Of a stretch of 32,000 nucleotides of DNA, positions 7,891 to 16,218 are shown one piece after another; positions within the stretch are counted from its first letter, which is position 1, and every line of letters starts with the position of its first letter. Source of the stretch: Klebsiella aerogenes (GTDB taxonomy: Bacteria; Pseudomonadota; Gammaproteobacteria; Enterobacterales; Enterobacteriaceae). The stretch is from assembly GCA_029027985.1 (NCBI GenBank), contig CP119076.1, forward strand, positions 2,260,422 to 2,292,421, read 5' to 3'. Both the position numbers and the translations under genes were made by a program. The notes below the pieces were generated by a model, which was given only the letters and a program-made list of their open reading frames with translations, made no database searches and was not told the DNA's origin.

Positions 7891-8919
7891 ATGGCTATCG
7901 CAAAAAAGATTACCATCAATGATGTGGCGCTGGCGGCAGGCGTCTCGGTCAGCACGGTATCACTGGTGCTCAGCGGCAAAGGGCGCATTTCATCGGCGAC
8001 CGGCGAACGCGTCAATCAGGCTATCGAACAGCTGGGGTTTGTCCGTAATCGCCAGGCGGCTTCGCTGCGCGGCGGGCAAAGCGGGGTGATTGGACTTATC
8101 GTCAGCGATCTGTCCAAGCCGTTTTACGCTGAGCTGACCGCCGGGTTGACGGATTCGTTGGAATCGCAGGGCAAAATGGTTTTCCTGACGCAAGGCGGCC
8201 ACCGCGGCGAGAAGATGCTGCAGCGTTTTGAGACGTTAGTCTCGCAGGGCGTGGATGGCGTGATTATTGCCGGCGCCATCGATAAGGGCGGCGAACTCCG
8301 CGACCGTGCCGCCGAGGTCGGCATGCCGTTGGTCTTCGCTTCCCGCGCCAGCTACCTGGACGATATCGATCTGATCCGCCCGGATAATATGCAGGCGGCG
8401 CAGATGGTGACCGAACATCTGATACGCCGCGGTCATCAGCGCATCGCCTGGCTTGGTGGGCAGAGCTCTTCATTAACCCGTGCCGAACGGGTGGGCGGCT
8501 ACTGTGCGACTTTACTCAAGTATGGGTTGCCGTTTCATAGCGAATGGGTGGTTGAGTGTGAATCGAGCCAACAGCAGGCAGCGGAAGCGATGACCGCGCT
8601 GCTGCGCCAAAATCCGACCATCAGCGCGGTGCTGTGCTACAACAGCGTGATCGCCACTGGCGCGTGGTTCGGCCTGATGCGCGCCGGGCGGCAAAGCGGT
8701 GAGGACAGCGTGGAGAGCTATTTCGAACAACGGGTGGCGTTGGCGGCCTTTGCTGAGGTACCGGAATCGGCGTTGGATGATGTACCGTTAACATGGGTCA
8801 CCACGCCTGCGCGGGAAATGGGTAACAGCCTCGCCGAGTGTATTTTACGTCGTCTGGAAGCAGGACAGGGCAGCGCGCGCAATCAGATTATGCCGCCGCG
8901 ATTGGTCACCAGAAAATAG
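7891..8919 (+). CDS. malI: LacI/GalR-family repressor MalI
   Basis: Full-length similarity to E. coli MalI (MA.AKKITI.DVALAAGVSVSTVSLVLSGKGRIS.ATGERVN), at the same 342-aa length, and divergent from malX. Confidence 0.95.
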   Translation: MAIAKKITINDVALAAGVSVSTVSLVLSGKGRISSATGERVNQAIEQLGFVRNRQAASLRGGQSGVIGLIVSDLSKPFYAELTAGLTDSLESQGKMVFLTQGGHRGEKMLQRFETLVSQGVDGVIIAGAIDKGGELRDRAAEVGMPLVFASRASYLDDIDLIRPDNMQAAQMVTEHLIRRGHQRIAWLGGQSSSLTRAERVGGYCATLLKYGLPFHSEWVVECESSQQQAAEAMTALLRQNPTISAVLCYNSVIATGAWFGLMRAGRQSGEDSVESYFEQRVALAAFAEVPESALDDVPLTWVTTPAREMGNSLAECILRRLEAGQGSARNQIMPPRLVTRK

Positions 8920-8940
8920 GGGCGCGATTAAAGTGATTTC

Positions 8941-8965
8941 CCGGGCTACAAAACCTGTAGCCCGG
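8941..8965 (+). terminator. Hairpin terminator between convergent malI and ydgA
   Basis: A 10-bp perfect stem CCGGGCTACA / TGTAGCCCGG with loop AAACC, followed by TAGGTTTCTGTT. It fills most of the 56-bp convergent spacer. Confidence 0.6.
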
Positions 8966-8975
8966 TAGGTTTCTG

Positions 8976-10469
8976 TTACTGCTGCGGTTCAGCGGTTGGC
9001 AACGTCAGGCCGAACATGGCGGCGAAATCGGCCAGCGGCATTTTCTGCCCGTTCAGCGTCACCTGGCCGTCGGCGTACTGCAGACTGGAGGTGATAGCAT
9101 TATTTTCCATGGTGGTCAGGCGGAACATCTGGCCCATCGCCGCCAGGCCTTTGACCTGCTGATCGGCAAGTTTCGCCGCATCTTCCGGCTGGTAGCCTTC
9201 CAGCCCGGCAACCTGGGTCATCAATGCGGTGGCCATATCCACCGGGATCACCAACTTACCGTCCAGCGATTTAATGCTGCGGTCCAGTTCGTCAGCAACG
9301 GTTTGCGGCGCGGCGGCGGTTTGCGCCGGATCCTGCATCAATACCGACAGATTTAAACTGCTTTCGCCTTTGGCGTTCTGCCAGCTCAGCGGTGCGATGG
9401 TCAGCGACGGATTGCCCTTCAGCAAAATCGGCAGCGAGCTGAAGAAGATCTCCGTCAGCGCCTGCTGATAGAGCTCTGGATTCTGCGCCAGCTCCGGCTT
9501 GGCCATCAGCGCCTGTGCCTGCGCGTTGTATTGCTGGCTAAACTGGTGCCATGCCTGGCCGTCCAGGTTATCCAGTTTAACCGTCAGCTTGCCGTGGCCC
9601 ATATCCTGATTCTGCAGTTTCAGACTGTTGAGGTTGTAGTCCAGCTGGCTATTGATGCGCTTGCCGTCATCGGAGAGCGTAGAACGGCCATCGATGTTCA
9701 TGCCTTCCAGCAGCGCCAGCTCTTTGCCTTCAACGCCGATCGACAGTTTATCCAGGGTGATTTTCTGCTTGCCGATACGCTCTTCAAAAGCGGTCATCTC
9801 GGTGGCGCCGTCCGCTTTCAGGTTGTTAAAGGTCAACTGGACTTTCTGATTGTATTCGTTAACCGCGTTAATCTGCCCGCTGGCGGCTTCACCGCTCAGA
9901 CTGATGGTTTTGCCATCGCGATCGGCATTCAGCTGGAACTGACCGCCGCTAAAGACGATCTTCTCATTCTCTTTGGCGTAATCCAGCGGGTTGAGGAAGA
10001 TAGCCGACTGGGTATCGCCGTTGTAGGCAATACGCGTGTCGATATTAAATGGCGGCTGACCTTTGGCGATGTCAAACAACGCTTTGCTGGCTTCATTATT
10101 GACCAGCGTCGTATTGACGGAGGCCATTGCCGGAACCAAATTAAAGGATTTTAATGAGGCGAGCGGGAAGGGGCCGTGATCGACATCCTCGTCGAAAATC
10201 AGGCTCTGGCCCGCGGCCAGCAGGCTGTTCTCTTTACCGGCCTGTGGTTTGACTACCAGCTGCAGATGGCTGCTGAACAGACCACGCTGGTAGTTTTGAT
10301 AACTGAGTTCTACACCTGCTTCCGGCGCGCTGCTCTGCAGTTGAGCATTTGCCTGTTGCACCATTTCGGCAATACGGCTTTCCAGTTGCTTACCGGTGAA
10401 CCAGGCGCCGCCGCTCCAGACTACGCCGAGAGCGACAATCACACCTGCGGCGACCAACGTTTTTTTCAT
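8976..10469 (-). CDS. ydgA: YdgA (DUF945) secreted/periplasmic protein
   Basis: Similar over its full length to E. coli YdgA (MKK.LVA.GVIVALGVVW.GGAW.TGK...), with an N-terminal signal or anchor sequence. It lies next to manA, as in E. coli. Confidence 0.9.
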   Translation of the reverse strand: MKKTLVAAGVIVALGVVWSGGAWFTGKQLESRIAEMVQQANAQLQSSAPEAGVELSYQNYQRGLFSSHLQLVVKPQAGKENSLLAAGQSLIFDEDVDHGPFPLASLKSFNLVPAMASVNTTLVNNEASKALFDIAKGQPPFNIDTRIAYNGDTQSAIFLNPLDYAKENEKIVFSGGQFQLNADRDGKTISLSGEAASGQINAVNEYNQKVQLTFNNLKADGATEMTAFEERIGKQKITLDKLSIGVEGKELALLEGMNIDGRSTLSDDGKRINSQLDYNLNSLKLQNQDMGHGKLTVKLDNLDGQAWHQFSQQYNAQAQALMAKPELAQNPELYQQALTEIFFSSLPILLKGNPSLTIAPLSWQNAKGESSLNLSVLMQDPAQTAAAPQTVADELDRSIKSLDGKLVIPVDMATALMTQVAGLEGYQPEDAAKLADQQVKGLAAMGQMFRLTTMENNAITSSLQYADGQVTLNGQKMPLADFAAMFGLTLPTAEPQQ

Positions 10470-10488
10470 AGCATTTGTCCATAAATGA

Positions 10489-10514
10489 AACCAGGCGGGA
10501 CATGCCGCCTGGTT
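10489..10514 (-). terminator. manA intrinsic terminator
   Basis: The stem is AACCAGGCGG / CCGCCTGGTT. On the minus strand it is followed by UCAUUUAU. It lies 53 bp after the manA stop and only 20 bp before the ydgA ATG. Confidence 0.55.
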
Positions 10515-10566
10515 GTGTTGTCATGATGGGGGAAGTCTAGCAACTGCGGATTAAAACTTCAGTAAC

Positions 10567-11745
10567 TTACTTAAGCTTATTAAAGACGCGCGCCAGACGA
10601 CCATGGCCGCTAATGTGGACCGGAGACTCGTTGCAGGCGATAAACGCCGACTCGCCAGGTTGCATGGTCAGACGTTGTTCGCCTTTGCGCAGCGTGGCTT
10701 CGCCTTCCACGCAGAACAGAATCGCCGCGCTCTGTTGCGCGATATCGGATTCACTGGCAGACAAATCGTGCAGCGAGAAAGCGAAATCGTCGACCGGGAT
10801 CGGGAAATCGAGTTCGGCACCATGTTGAACCGGCTGGGTCAACAGCTCTGCGGCCGGTTTGGCGACGAATTTAACGTTTGCCACCAGTTCCGGGATATCG
10901 ATGTATTTCGGCGTCAGACCGGCGCGCAGCACGTTATCCGAGTTGGCCATCACTTCCAGCGCTACGCCCTGCAGGTAGGCGTGTGGGGTCTCAGCGAACA
11001 GGAACATCGCCTCGCCCGGATTCAGTTTTACCACGTTCAGCAACAGTGGGGAGAACAGGCCGCTGTCGTCCGGGTAAACTTCAGCGATCAGGCGGATAGT
11101 TTGCCATGGTTCGCCCTGTTCGCGGTCAAGGGCGGTTTGCAGCACACGCAGCGCCTGTGCTTTCTCTTCACCCTTCATATTCAACAGGCTGGCGAACAGC
11201 TGGCTTAAACGTTCGCCGTCCGGCTGCTGGAGGAATTCGCCGATCGCCGGGTGCGCGTCGGCAACCGGCTGCAGCAGGCTAACGATCTCAGCGAACTCGC
11301 GGAAGGCATTCATCGCGAGGAACGGCGTCAGCGCGAATACCAGCTCCGGCTTGTGGTTAGGATCTTTATAATTGCGCTCGGCGGCATCGAGAGGGATGCC
11401 CGCCGCGTTCTCTTTGGCAAAGCCAATTTCCGAGGCGCGCTTGTTCGGGTGAACCTGGATGGACAGCGGCTGGGCGGCGCAGAGCACTTTAAACAGGAAC
11501 GGCAGTTCGCCAAAACGTTCCGCTACGCTGGCGCCGAGCAGGGCGCTTTTATCGGCGTCGATAACGTCGCGCAGTGACTGCGGCTGACCTTCGGCATTGA
11601 GGATCCGCGAGCTGCTTTTCGGATGGGCGCCCATCCACAGTTCTGCCATCGGCAGGTTGTCCGGGTTGGCGATACCGTACAGATCGGTTAAAGCGGTGTG
11701 ACTGCCCCAGGCGTAGTTTTGCACTGAATTAATGAGCTTCTGCAT
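10567..11745 (-). CDS. manA: Mannose-6-phosphate isomerase
   Basis: Near-identical to E. coli ManA from MQKLINSVQNYAWGS. The start is set at ATG 11745; the track begins 2 codons earlier at a TTG. Confidence 0.97.
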   Translation of the reverse strand: MQKLINSVQNYAWGSHTALTDLYGIANPDNLPMAELWMGAHPKSSSRILNAEGQPQSLRDVIDADKSALLGASVAERFGELPFLFKVLCAAQPLSIQVHPNKRASEIGFAKENAAGIPLDAAERNYKDPNHKPELVFALTPFLAMNAFREFAEIVSLLQPVADAHPAIGEFLQQPDGERLSQLFASLLNMKGEEKAQALRVLQTALDREQGEPWQTIRLIAEVYPDDSGLFSPLLLNVVKLNPGEAMFLFAETPHAYLQGVALEVMANSDNVLRAGLTPKYIDIPELVANVKFVAKPAAELLTQPVQHGAELDFPIPVDDFAFSLHDLSASESDIAQQSAAILFCVEGEATLRKGEQRLTMQPGESAFIACNESPVHISGHGRLARVFNKLK

Positions 11746-11942
11746 TCTCAATCCCTGTTTTCACATAAAAATATGGACTCTATTAAACCAACAAATCGTC
11801 GAGAAGCAACTGCTGAAAGAAAAAGTCGTCCTTGTCTCAGTTTTTGTTAAAAAATTGTGTAAGATTGATCGACTCGCTTTTCTACAGGCAAATGGAGTGT
11901 CTGCCTGAAACATAATCAGCCAAAGCAGTAAGTGAGAGTACA

Positions 11943-13589
11943 ATGTCGAATAAACCGTTTGTTTACCAGGATCCTTTTCCTCTTAAAAAGGATGACACCG
12001 AGTATTATCTCCTCAGCAGTGATTACGTCTCCGTCGCCGAATTCGCCGGCCAGGAAGTTCTGAAGGTTGAACCTCAGGCGCTAACCTTACTGGCCCAGCA
12101 CGCTTTCCACGACGCCTCCTTTATGCTCCGCCCGGCGCACCAGCAGCAGGTTGCGGATATCCTTAACGATCCGGAAGCCAGCGAGAACGACAAATACGTA
12201 GCGCTGCAGTTCCTGCGTAACTCCGATATCGCTGCCAAAGGCATTCTGCCGACCTGCCAGGATACCGGTACCGCGATCATTATGGGGAAAAAGGGGCAGC
12301 GCGTGTGGACCGGCGGCGGCGATGAAGCCGCGCTGGCGCAGGGCGTGTACAACACCTATATCCAGGACAACCTGCGTTACTCGCAGAACGCGCCGCTGGA
12401 TATGTATAAAGAGGTCAACACCGGCACCAACCTGCCAGCGCAGATCGATCTTTATGCCACCGATGGCGACGAGTACAAATTCCTCTGTATCGCCAAGGGC
12501 GGCGGGTCCGCCAACAAAACCTATCTGTACCAGGAAACCAAAGCGTTAATCACCCCGGCGAAACTGAAGAACTACCTCGTCGAGAAGATGCGCACCCTGG
12601 GGACTGCGGCTTGTCCGCCGTACCACATTGCCTTTGTCATCGGCGGTACCTCAGCGGAAGCGACGCTGAAGACCGTGAAAATGGCATCGACCAAATACTA
12701 CGACGGCCTGCCGACCGAAGGTAACGAGCACGGTCAGGCGTTCCGTGATGTGCAACTGGAACAAGAGCTGCTGCTGGAAGCGCAGAATCTCGGTCTCGGC
12801 GCGCAGTTCGGCGGTAAATACTTCGCTCACGATATCCGCGTGATCCGCCTACCGCGCCACGGGGCGTCCTGCCCGGTGGGGATGGGGGTTTCCTGCTCAG
12901 CCGACCGTAACATCAAAGCCAAGATTAACCGTCAGGGGATTTGGCTGGAGAAACTGGAGAGCAATCCGGGGAAATATATCCCTGAGCATCTGCGCCAGGC
13001 CGGTGAAGGCGAGGCGGTGAAGGTTAACCTGAATCAGCCGATGAGCGATATCCTGGCGCTGCTGTCGCAGTATCCGGTTTCTACCCGTCTGTCGCTGAGC
13101 GGGACCATTATCGTCGCCCGCGACATCGCCCACGCTAAGCTGAAAGAGCTGATCGATAGCGGCGAAACGCTGCCGCAGTACGTCAAAGATCACCCGATCT
13201 ATTACGCGGGCCCGGCGAAGACGCCGGACGGCTACGCCTCTGGTTCTCTTGGCCCAACCACCGCAGGCCGTATGGACTCCTACGTTGATCTGCTGCAGTC
13301 GCACGGTGCCAGCAAAATCATGCTGGCAAAAGGCAACCGCAGCCAGCAGGTGACCGATGCGTGCCACAAACACGGCGGTTTCTACCTCGGCAGCATCGGC
13401 GGCCCGGCGGCGGTGCTGGCGCAGCAAAGCATCCGTAGTCTTGAATGCGTGGCTTACCCTGAACTGGGGATGGAAGCCATCTGGAAAATTGAAGTTGAAG
13501 ATTTCCCGGCGTTTATTCTCGTCGATGATAAGGGGAATGATTTCTTCCAGCAGATTCAAACTTCGCAGTGTTCCCGCTGTGTGAAATAA
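11943..13589 (+). CDS. fumA: Class I (Fe-S) fumarate hydratase FumA
   Basis: 548 aa, [22 protein letters not shown]... It is collinear with E. coli FumA, including CQDTGTA and the C-terminal CxRC region. Confidence 0.97.
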   Translation: MSNKPFVYQDPFPLKKDDTEYYLLSSDYVSVAEFAGQEVLKVEPQALTLLAQHAFHDASFMLRPAHQQQVADILNDPEASENDKYVALQFLRNSDIAAKGILPTCQDTGTAIIMGKKGQRVWTGGGDEAALAQGVYNTYIQDNLRYSQNAPLDMYKEVNTGTNLPAQIDLYATDGDEYKFLCIAKGGGSANKTYLYQETKALITPAKLKNYLVEKMRTLGTAACPPYHIAFVIGGTSAEATLKTVKMASTKYYDGLPTEGNEHGQAFRDVQLEQELLLEAQNLGLGAQFGGKYFAHDIRVIRLPRHGASCPVGMGVSCSADRNIKAKINRQGIWLEKLESNPGKYIPEHLRQAGEGEAVKVNLNQPMSDILALLSQYPVSTRLSLSGTIIVARDIAHAKLKELIDSGETLPQYVKDHPIYYAGPAKTPDGYASGSLGPTTAGRMDSYVDLLQSHGASKIMLAKGNRSQQVTDACHKHGGFYLGSIGGPAAVLAQQSIRSLECVAYPELGMEAIWKIEVEDFPAFILVDDKGNDFFQQIQTSQCSRCVK

Positions 13590-13606
13590 ACCAGAAAAAT
13601 AACAAG

Positions 13607-13628
13607 GAAAATCAATTTATTGATTTTC
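13607..13628. repeat. Perfect AT-rich inverted repeat GAAAATCAAT-TT-ATTGATTTTC
   Basis: The 10-bp arms are perfectly complementary with a 2-bp centre, 18 bp after the fumA stop. Function is unknown (operator or RNA hairpin). Confidence 0.6.
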
Positions 13629-13684
13629 GGCTGATAACCACAAAGAAGGAAAAACTACGCATTTTCCTTCTTTGTCAGCAGTCT

Positions 13685-13709
13685 AACCGCCCTTCTGGGC
13701 GGTTTTTTA
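13685..13709 (+). terminator. fumA intrinsic terminator
   Basis: AACCGCCC-ttct-GGGCGGTT followed by TTTTT. It is preceded by a second 12-bp-stem hairpin at 13642-13673 (AAAGAAGGAAAA / TTTTCCTTCTTT). Confidence 0.7.
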
Positions 13710-13718
13710 CGCCGCTTA

Positions 13719-13738
13719 GTGGCACAAACGACTAAAAC
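13719..13738 (+). promoter_or_regulatory. Candidate SoxS/MarA/Rob box overlapping the fumC -35
   Basis: GTGGCACAAACGACTAAAAC fits the marbox consensus AYnGCACnnWnnRYYAAAYn at all specified positions except 1 and 19. A GATACT -10 candidate lies at 13756-13761, 17 bp after the box end. E. coli fumC is a known SoxRS regulon member. Confidence 0.4.
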
Positions 13739-13821
13739 AAACGGTGAATCTGGCCGATACTTAATTTTTTAAGCAGGTGAGCTCTGTCGCTATTACGTAC
13801 TTTTTATTCAAGGAGATAGTA

Positions 13822-15222
13822 ATGACGATGCATCGCAGTGAAAAAGATTCAATGGGCGCCATCGACGTCCCGGCCGATAAACTCTGGGGCGCGCAGACCC
13901 AGCGCTCGCTGGAACATTTCCGCATCTCAACGGAGAAAATGCCGGGCGAGCTGATTTACGCGCTGGCGCTGACCAAGCGCGCGGCGGCGAAGGTCAATCA
14001 GGACCTGGGACTGCTGGCGGCGGAAAAAGCCGACGCTATTGTTGCCGCGGCCGATGAAGTGCTGGCCGGCAAGCATTCGCAGGAGTTCCCGCTGGCTATC
14101 TGGCAAACCGGTTCCGGCACGCAAAGCAATATGAATATGAACGAGGTGTTGGCCAACCGCGGCAGCGAATTGCTAGGCGGCGTACGCGGTATGGAACGTA
14201 AAATCCACCCCAATGACGACGTTAACAAAAGTCAGAGCTCGAATGATGTCTTCCCCACCGCGATGCACGTCGCGGCGCTGATCGCGTTACGCGAAAAGCT
14301 GATCCCGCAACTGCAGGTACTGAAAAAAACGCTGCACGAAAAATCTGTCGCCTTCAATGATATCGTCAAGATTGGCCGAACTCATCTGCAGGACGCCACG
14401 CCGTTGACGCTGGGGCAGGAAATCTCTGGCTGGGTGGCGATGCTGGAGCATAACCTGAAGCACATTGAGTATAGTCTTCCACACCTCGCCGAATTGGCGC
14501 TGGGCGGGACGGCGGTCGGCACCGGCCTGAACACCCATCCTGAGTATGCTGTGCGCGTCGCGGCGGAGCTGGCGTCGCTCAGCGGACAACCGTTTATTAC
14601 CGCGCCAAACAAATTTGAAGCACTGGCTACCGTGGATGCGCTGGTTCACGCTCATGGCGCATTAAAAGGGCTGGCGGCCTCGCTGATGAAAATCGCTAAC
14701 GATGTGCGCTGGCTGGCCTCCGGGCCGCGTTGCGGCATCGGCGAAATCGCTATCCCTGAGAATGAGCCCGGCTCCTCAATCATGCCCGGTAAGGTGAATC
14801 CGACGCAGTGCGAAGCGCTGACCATGCTGTGCTGCCAGGTAATGGGCAACGACGTGGCGGTGAATATCGGCGGCGCGTCCGGTAACTTTGAACTCAACGT
14901 CTATCGCCCGATGGTTATCCATAACTTCCTGCAATCGGCGCGTTTGCTGGCGGATGGCATGGAGAGCTTTAACGAACACTGCGCAGTGGGCATTGAACCG
15001 AATCGCGAGCGGATTAACCAACTGTTGAATGAATCGCTGATGCTGGTCACCGCGCTGAATACCCATATCGGTTACGATAAAGCGGCAGAAATCGCCAAAA
15101 AAGCGCACCATGAGGGACTGACGCTGAAAGCCTCGGCGCTGGCGCTCGGCTATCTGACGGAAGCCGAGTTCGACAGCTGGGTGCGGCCGCAGGATATGGT
15201 CGGCAGCTTGGCTACTCGCTAG
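13822..15222 (+). CDS. fumC: Class II fumarate hydratase FumC
   Basis: 467 aa, collinear with E. coli FumC (..[29 protein letters not shown]; [15 protein letters not shown] signature). The start is set at ATG 13822 with AGGAG at 13811-13815. Confidence 0.97.
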   Translation: MTMHRSEKDSMGAIDVPADKLWGAQTQRSLEHFRISTEKMPGELIYALALTKRAAAKVNQDLGLLAAEKADAIVAAADEVLAGKHSQEFPLAIWQTGSGTQSNMNMNEVLANRGSELLGGVRGMERKIHPNDDVNKSQSSNDVFPTAMHVAALIALREKLIPQLQVLKKTLHEKSVAFNDIVKIGRTHLQDATPLTLGQEISGWVAMLEHNLKHIEYSLPHLAELALGGTAVGTGLNTHPEYAVRVAAELASLSGQPFITAPNKFEALATVDALVHAHGALKGLAASLMKIANDVRWLASGPRCGIGEIAIPENEPGSSIMPGKVNPTQCEALTMLCCQVMGNDVAVNIGGASGNFELNVYRPMVIHNFLQSARLLADGMESFNEHCAVGIEPNRERINQLLNESLMLVTALNTHIGYDKAAEIAKKAHHEGLTLKASALALGYLTEAEFDSWVRPQDMVGSLATR

Positions 15223-16147
15223 CCAACCACAGATGCAGGCGCGGGATCAGCAATCTTAACGACTGCGCCTGTGGTTTGTGACGGTACTGCACATTATCGG
15301 CATCGTAATTCAACAGTTCGCCCAGATCCGGCACGCTGACCCCGTGCGTGCCGGAGATCAGCGCAATCAGCGGGCCAGGGCAGGCGTACTGCACCTGCTT
15401 TTGCTCGCCGGCATACCACACCCGGGCAATCGGCTGTACCTTGACCGGGCGTTTGATTTTCAACTTCGCCCGCGGCGGTAGGGCGGCGATATCCTGGTAT
15501 TCCCGCTCCAGCTTGCTTTGCCACTGCTCGCGCGTCCACGGCGGCACGGCTCGCGGCGATTGCAAACTCTTCTCCAGCTGCATTAAGACGTCATCGCGGG
15601 TCAGATTTTTAATCACGTGCTTATTGGCCCAGCCAAAGCGGATGGTGCTGGGGTCGAGTAGCGGCGTCAGCGTCCGGTAGGCGCTCAGGGTGATAAGACC
15701 GGGCAAATGGCGATGCACCCATTCGAAACGCGCGACGGCAGGCAAGCCGGAATCGACGGTCACTATTTTCTCAAACGCCGCTTTCAGCGTATTGATGGCG
15801 TTGATTTTCTCCAGCAGCCAGGCCTGTTCCTGCGCATCAACCGCCAGGCAAATCGCGCCGGGCAGGCGAACTGCCGCTTTGCTGCTGCGGCTTTCCGATT
15901 GCTGCTGAATAAACAGATGGCTGTAGTGCCTGAGCGCCATTTCCAGCGCGCTTTTCCCGACGTGCTGCACCACCTGGATGCTATCCAGCGGCGCGTGTTC
16001 TGCCTCTTTGCTGACCGCTGGCAGTTCAAATACCCGGGCGGCCAGCAGACGGCAGCCGCTGAGTGCCTCTTTTACGCCCTGGAGCTCGCGCTCCAGCTGG
16101 CGAAAGGTGTCGTTTAAGCGTTCAACGAGGTCGTAGCTTGCCATCAT
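15212..16147 (-). CDS. tus: DNA replication terminus site-binding protein Tus
   Basis: Collinear with E. coli Tus (..YDLV.RLN.TFRQ.E.EL; KAAVRLPG; [22 protein letters not shown]; [16 protein letters not shown]). There are tandem ATGs at 16147 and 16144, and the second aligns with the E. coli start. Confidence 0.95.
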   Translation of the reverse strand: MMASYDLVERLNDTFRQLERELQGVKEALSGCRLLAARVFELPAVSKEAEHAPLDSIQVVQHVGKSALEMALRHYSHLFIQQQSESRSSKAAVRLPGAICLAVDAQEQAWLLEKINAINTLKAAFEKIVTVDSGLPAVARFEWVHRHLPGLITLSAYRTLTPLLDPSTIRFGWANKHVIKNLTRDDVLMQLEKSLQSPRAVPPWTREQWQSKLEREYQDIAALPPRAKLKIKRPVKVQPIARVWYAGEQKQVQYACPGPLIALISGTHGVSVPDLGELLNYDADNVQYRHKPQAQSLRLLIPRLHLWLASE

Positions 16148-16152
16148 AATCC

Positions 16153-16175
16153 GCCTTAGTTACAACATACTATTT
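16153..16175 (-). other. terB: TerB-type replication terminator (Tus-binding Ter site)
   Basis: The minus strand reads AAATAGTATGTTGTAACTAAGGC. This matches E. coli TerB (AATAAGTATGTTGTAACTAAAGT) at 19/23, with positions 5-20 identical, including the GC6 pair and the GTTGTAAC core. It lies 5 bp upstream of the tus ATG, as in E. coli. Confidence 0.85.
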
Positions 16176-16183
16176 GATTGTAA

Positions 16184-16212
16184 ACTATACGCAGGCCGTA
16201 ACGCCTGCGCAA
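16184..16212 (-). promoter_or_regulatory. Candidate tus promoter (-10 TATAGT, -35 TTGCGC) abutting TerB
   Basis: On the minus strand, TTGCGC(16212-16207), 17 nt, TATAGT(16189-16184). The predicted TSS falls at the edge of the Ter site, consistent with the known Tus autorepression. The spacer also forms the hairpin CGCAGGC/GCCTGCG (16190-16209) just after the rstB stop. Confidence 0.35.
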
Positions 16213-16218
16213 GTAGGG

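Noticed and set aside
6544-13559. Other 200-220-aa antisense ORFs: 6544-7146 (in malX), 9531-10154 (in ydgA), 10603-11208 (in manA) and 12897-13559 (in fumA)
   Set aside because: The same pattern applies. Each is fully nested opposite a well-supported gene, with biased R/H/Q/G composition and no start signals.
13607-13628. Reading the fumA-distal palindrome as an FNR/CRP-family or Fur box
   Set aside because: It contains ATCAA-N4-TTGAT, the inverse of TTGAT-N4-ATCAA. Its match to the 19-bp Fur consensus is loose (7-2-7 rather than 7-1-7 geometry). I kept it only as an unexplained palindrome.
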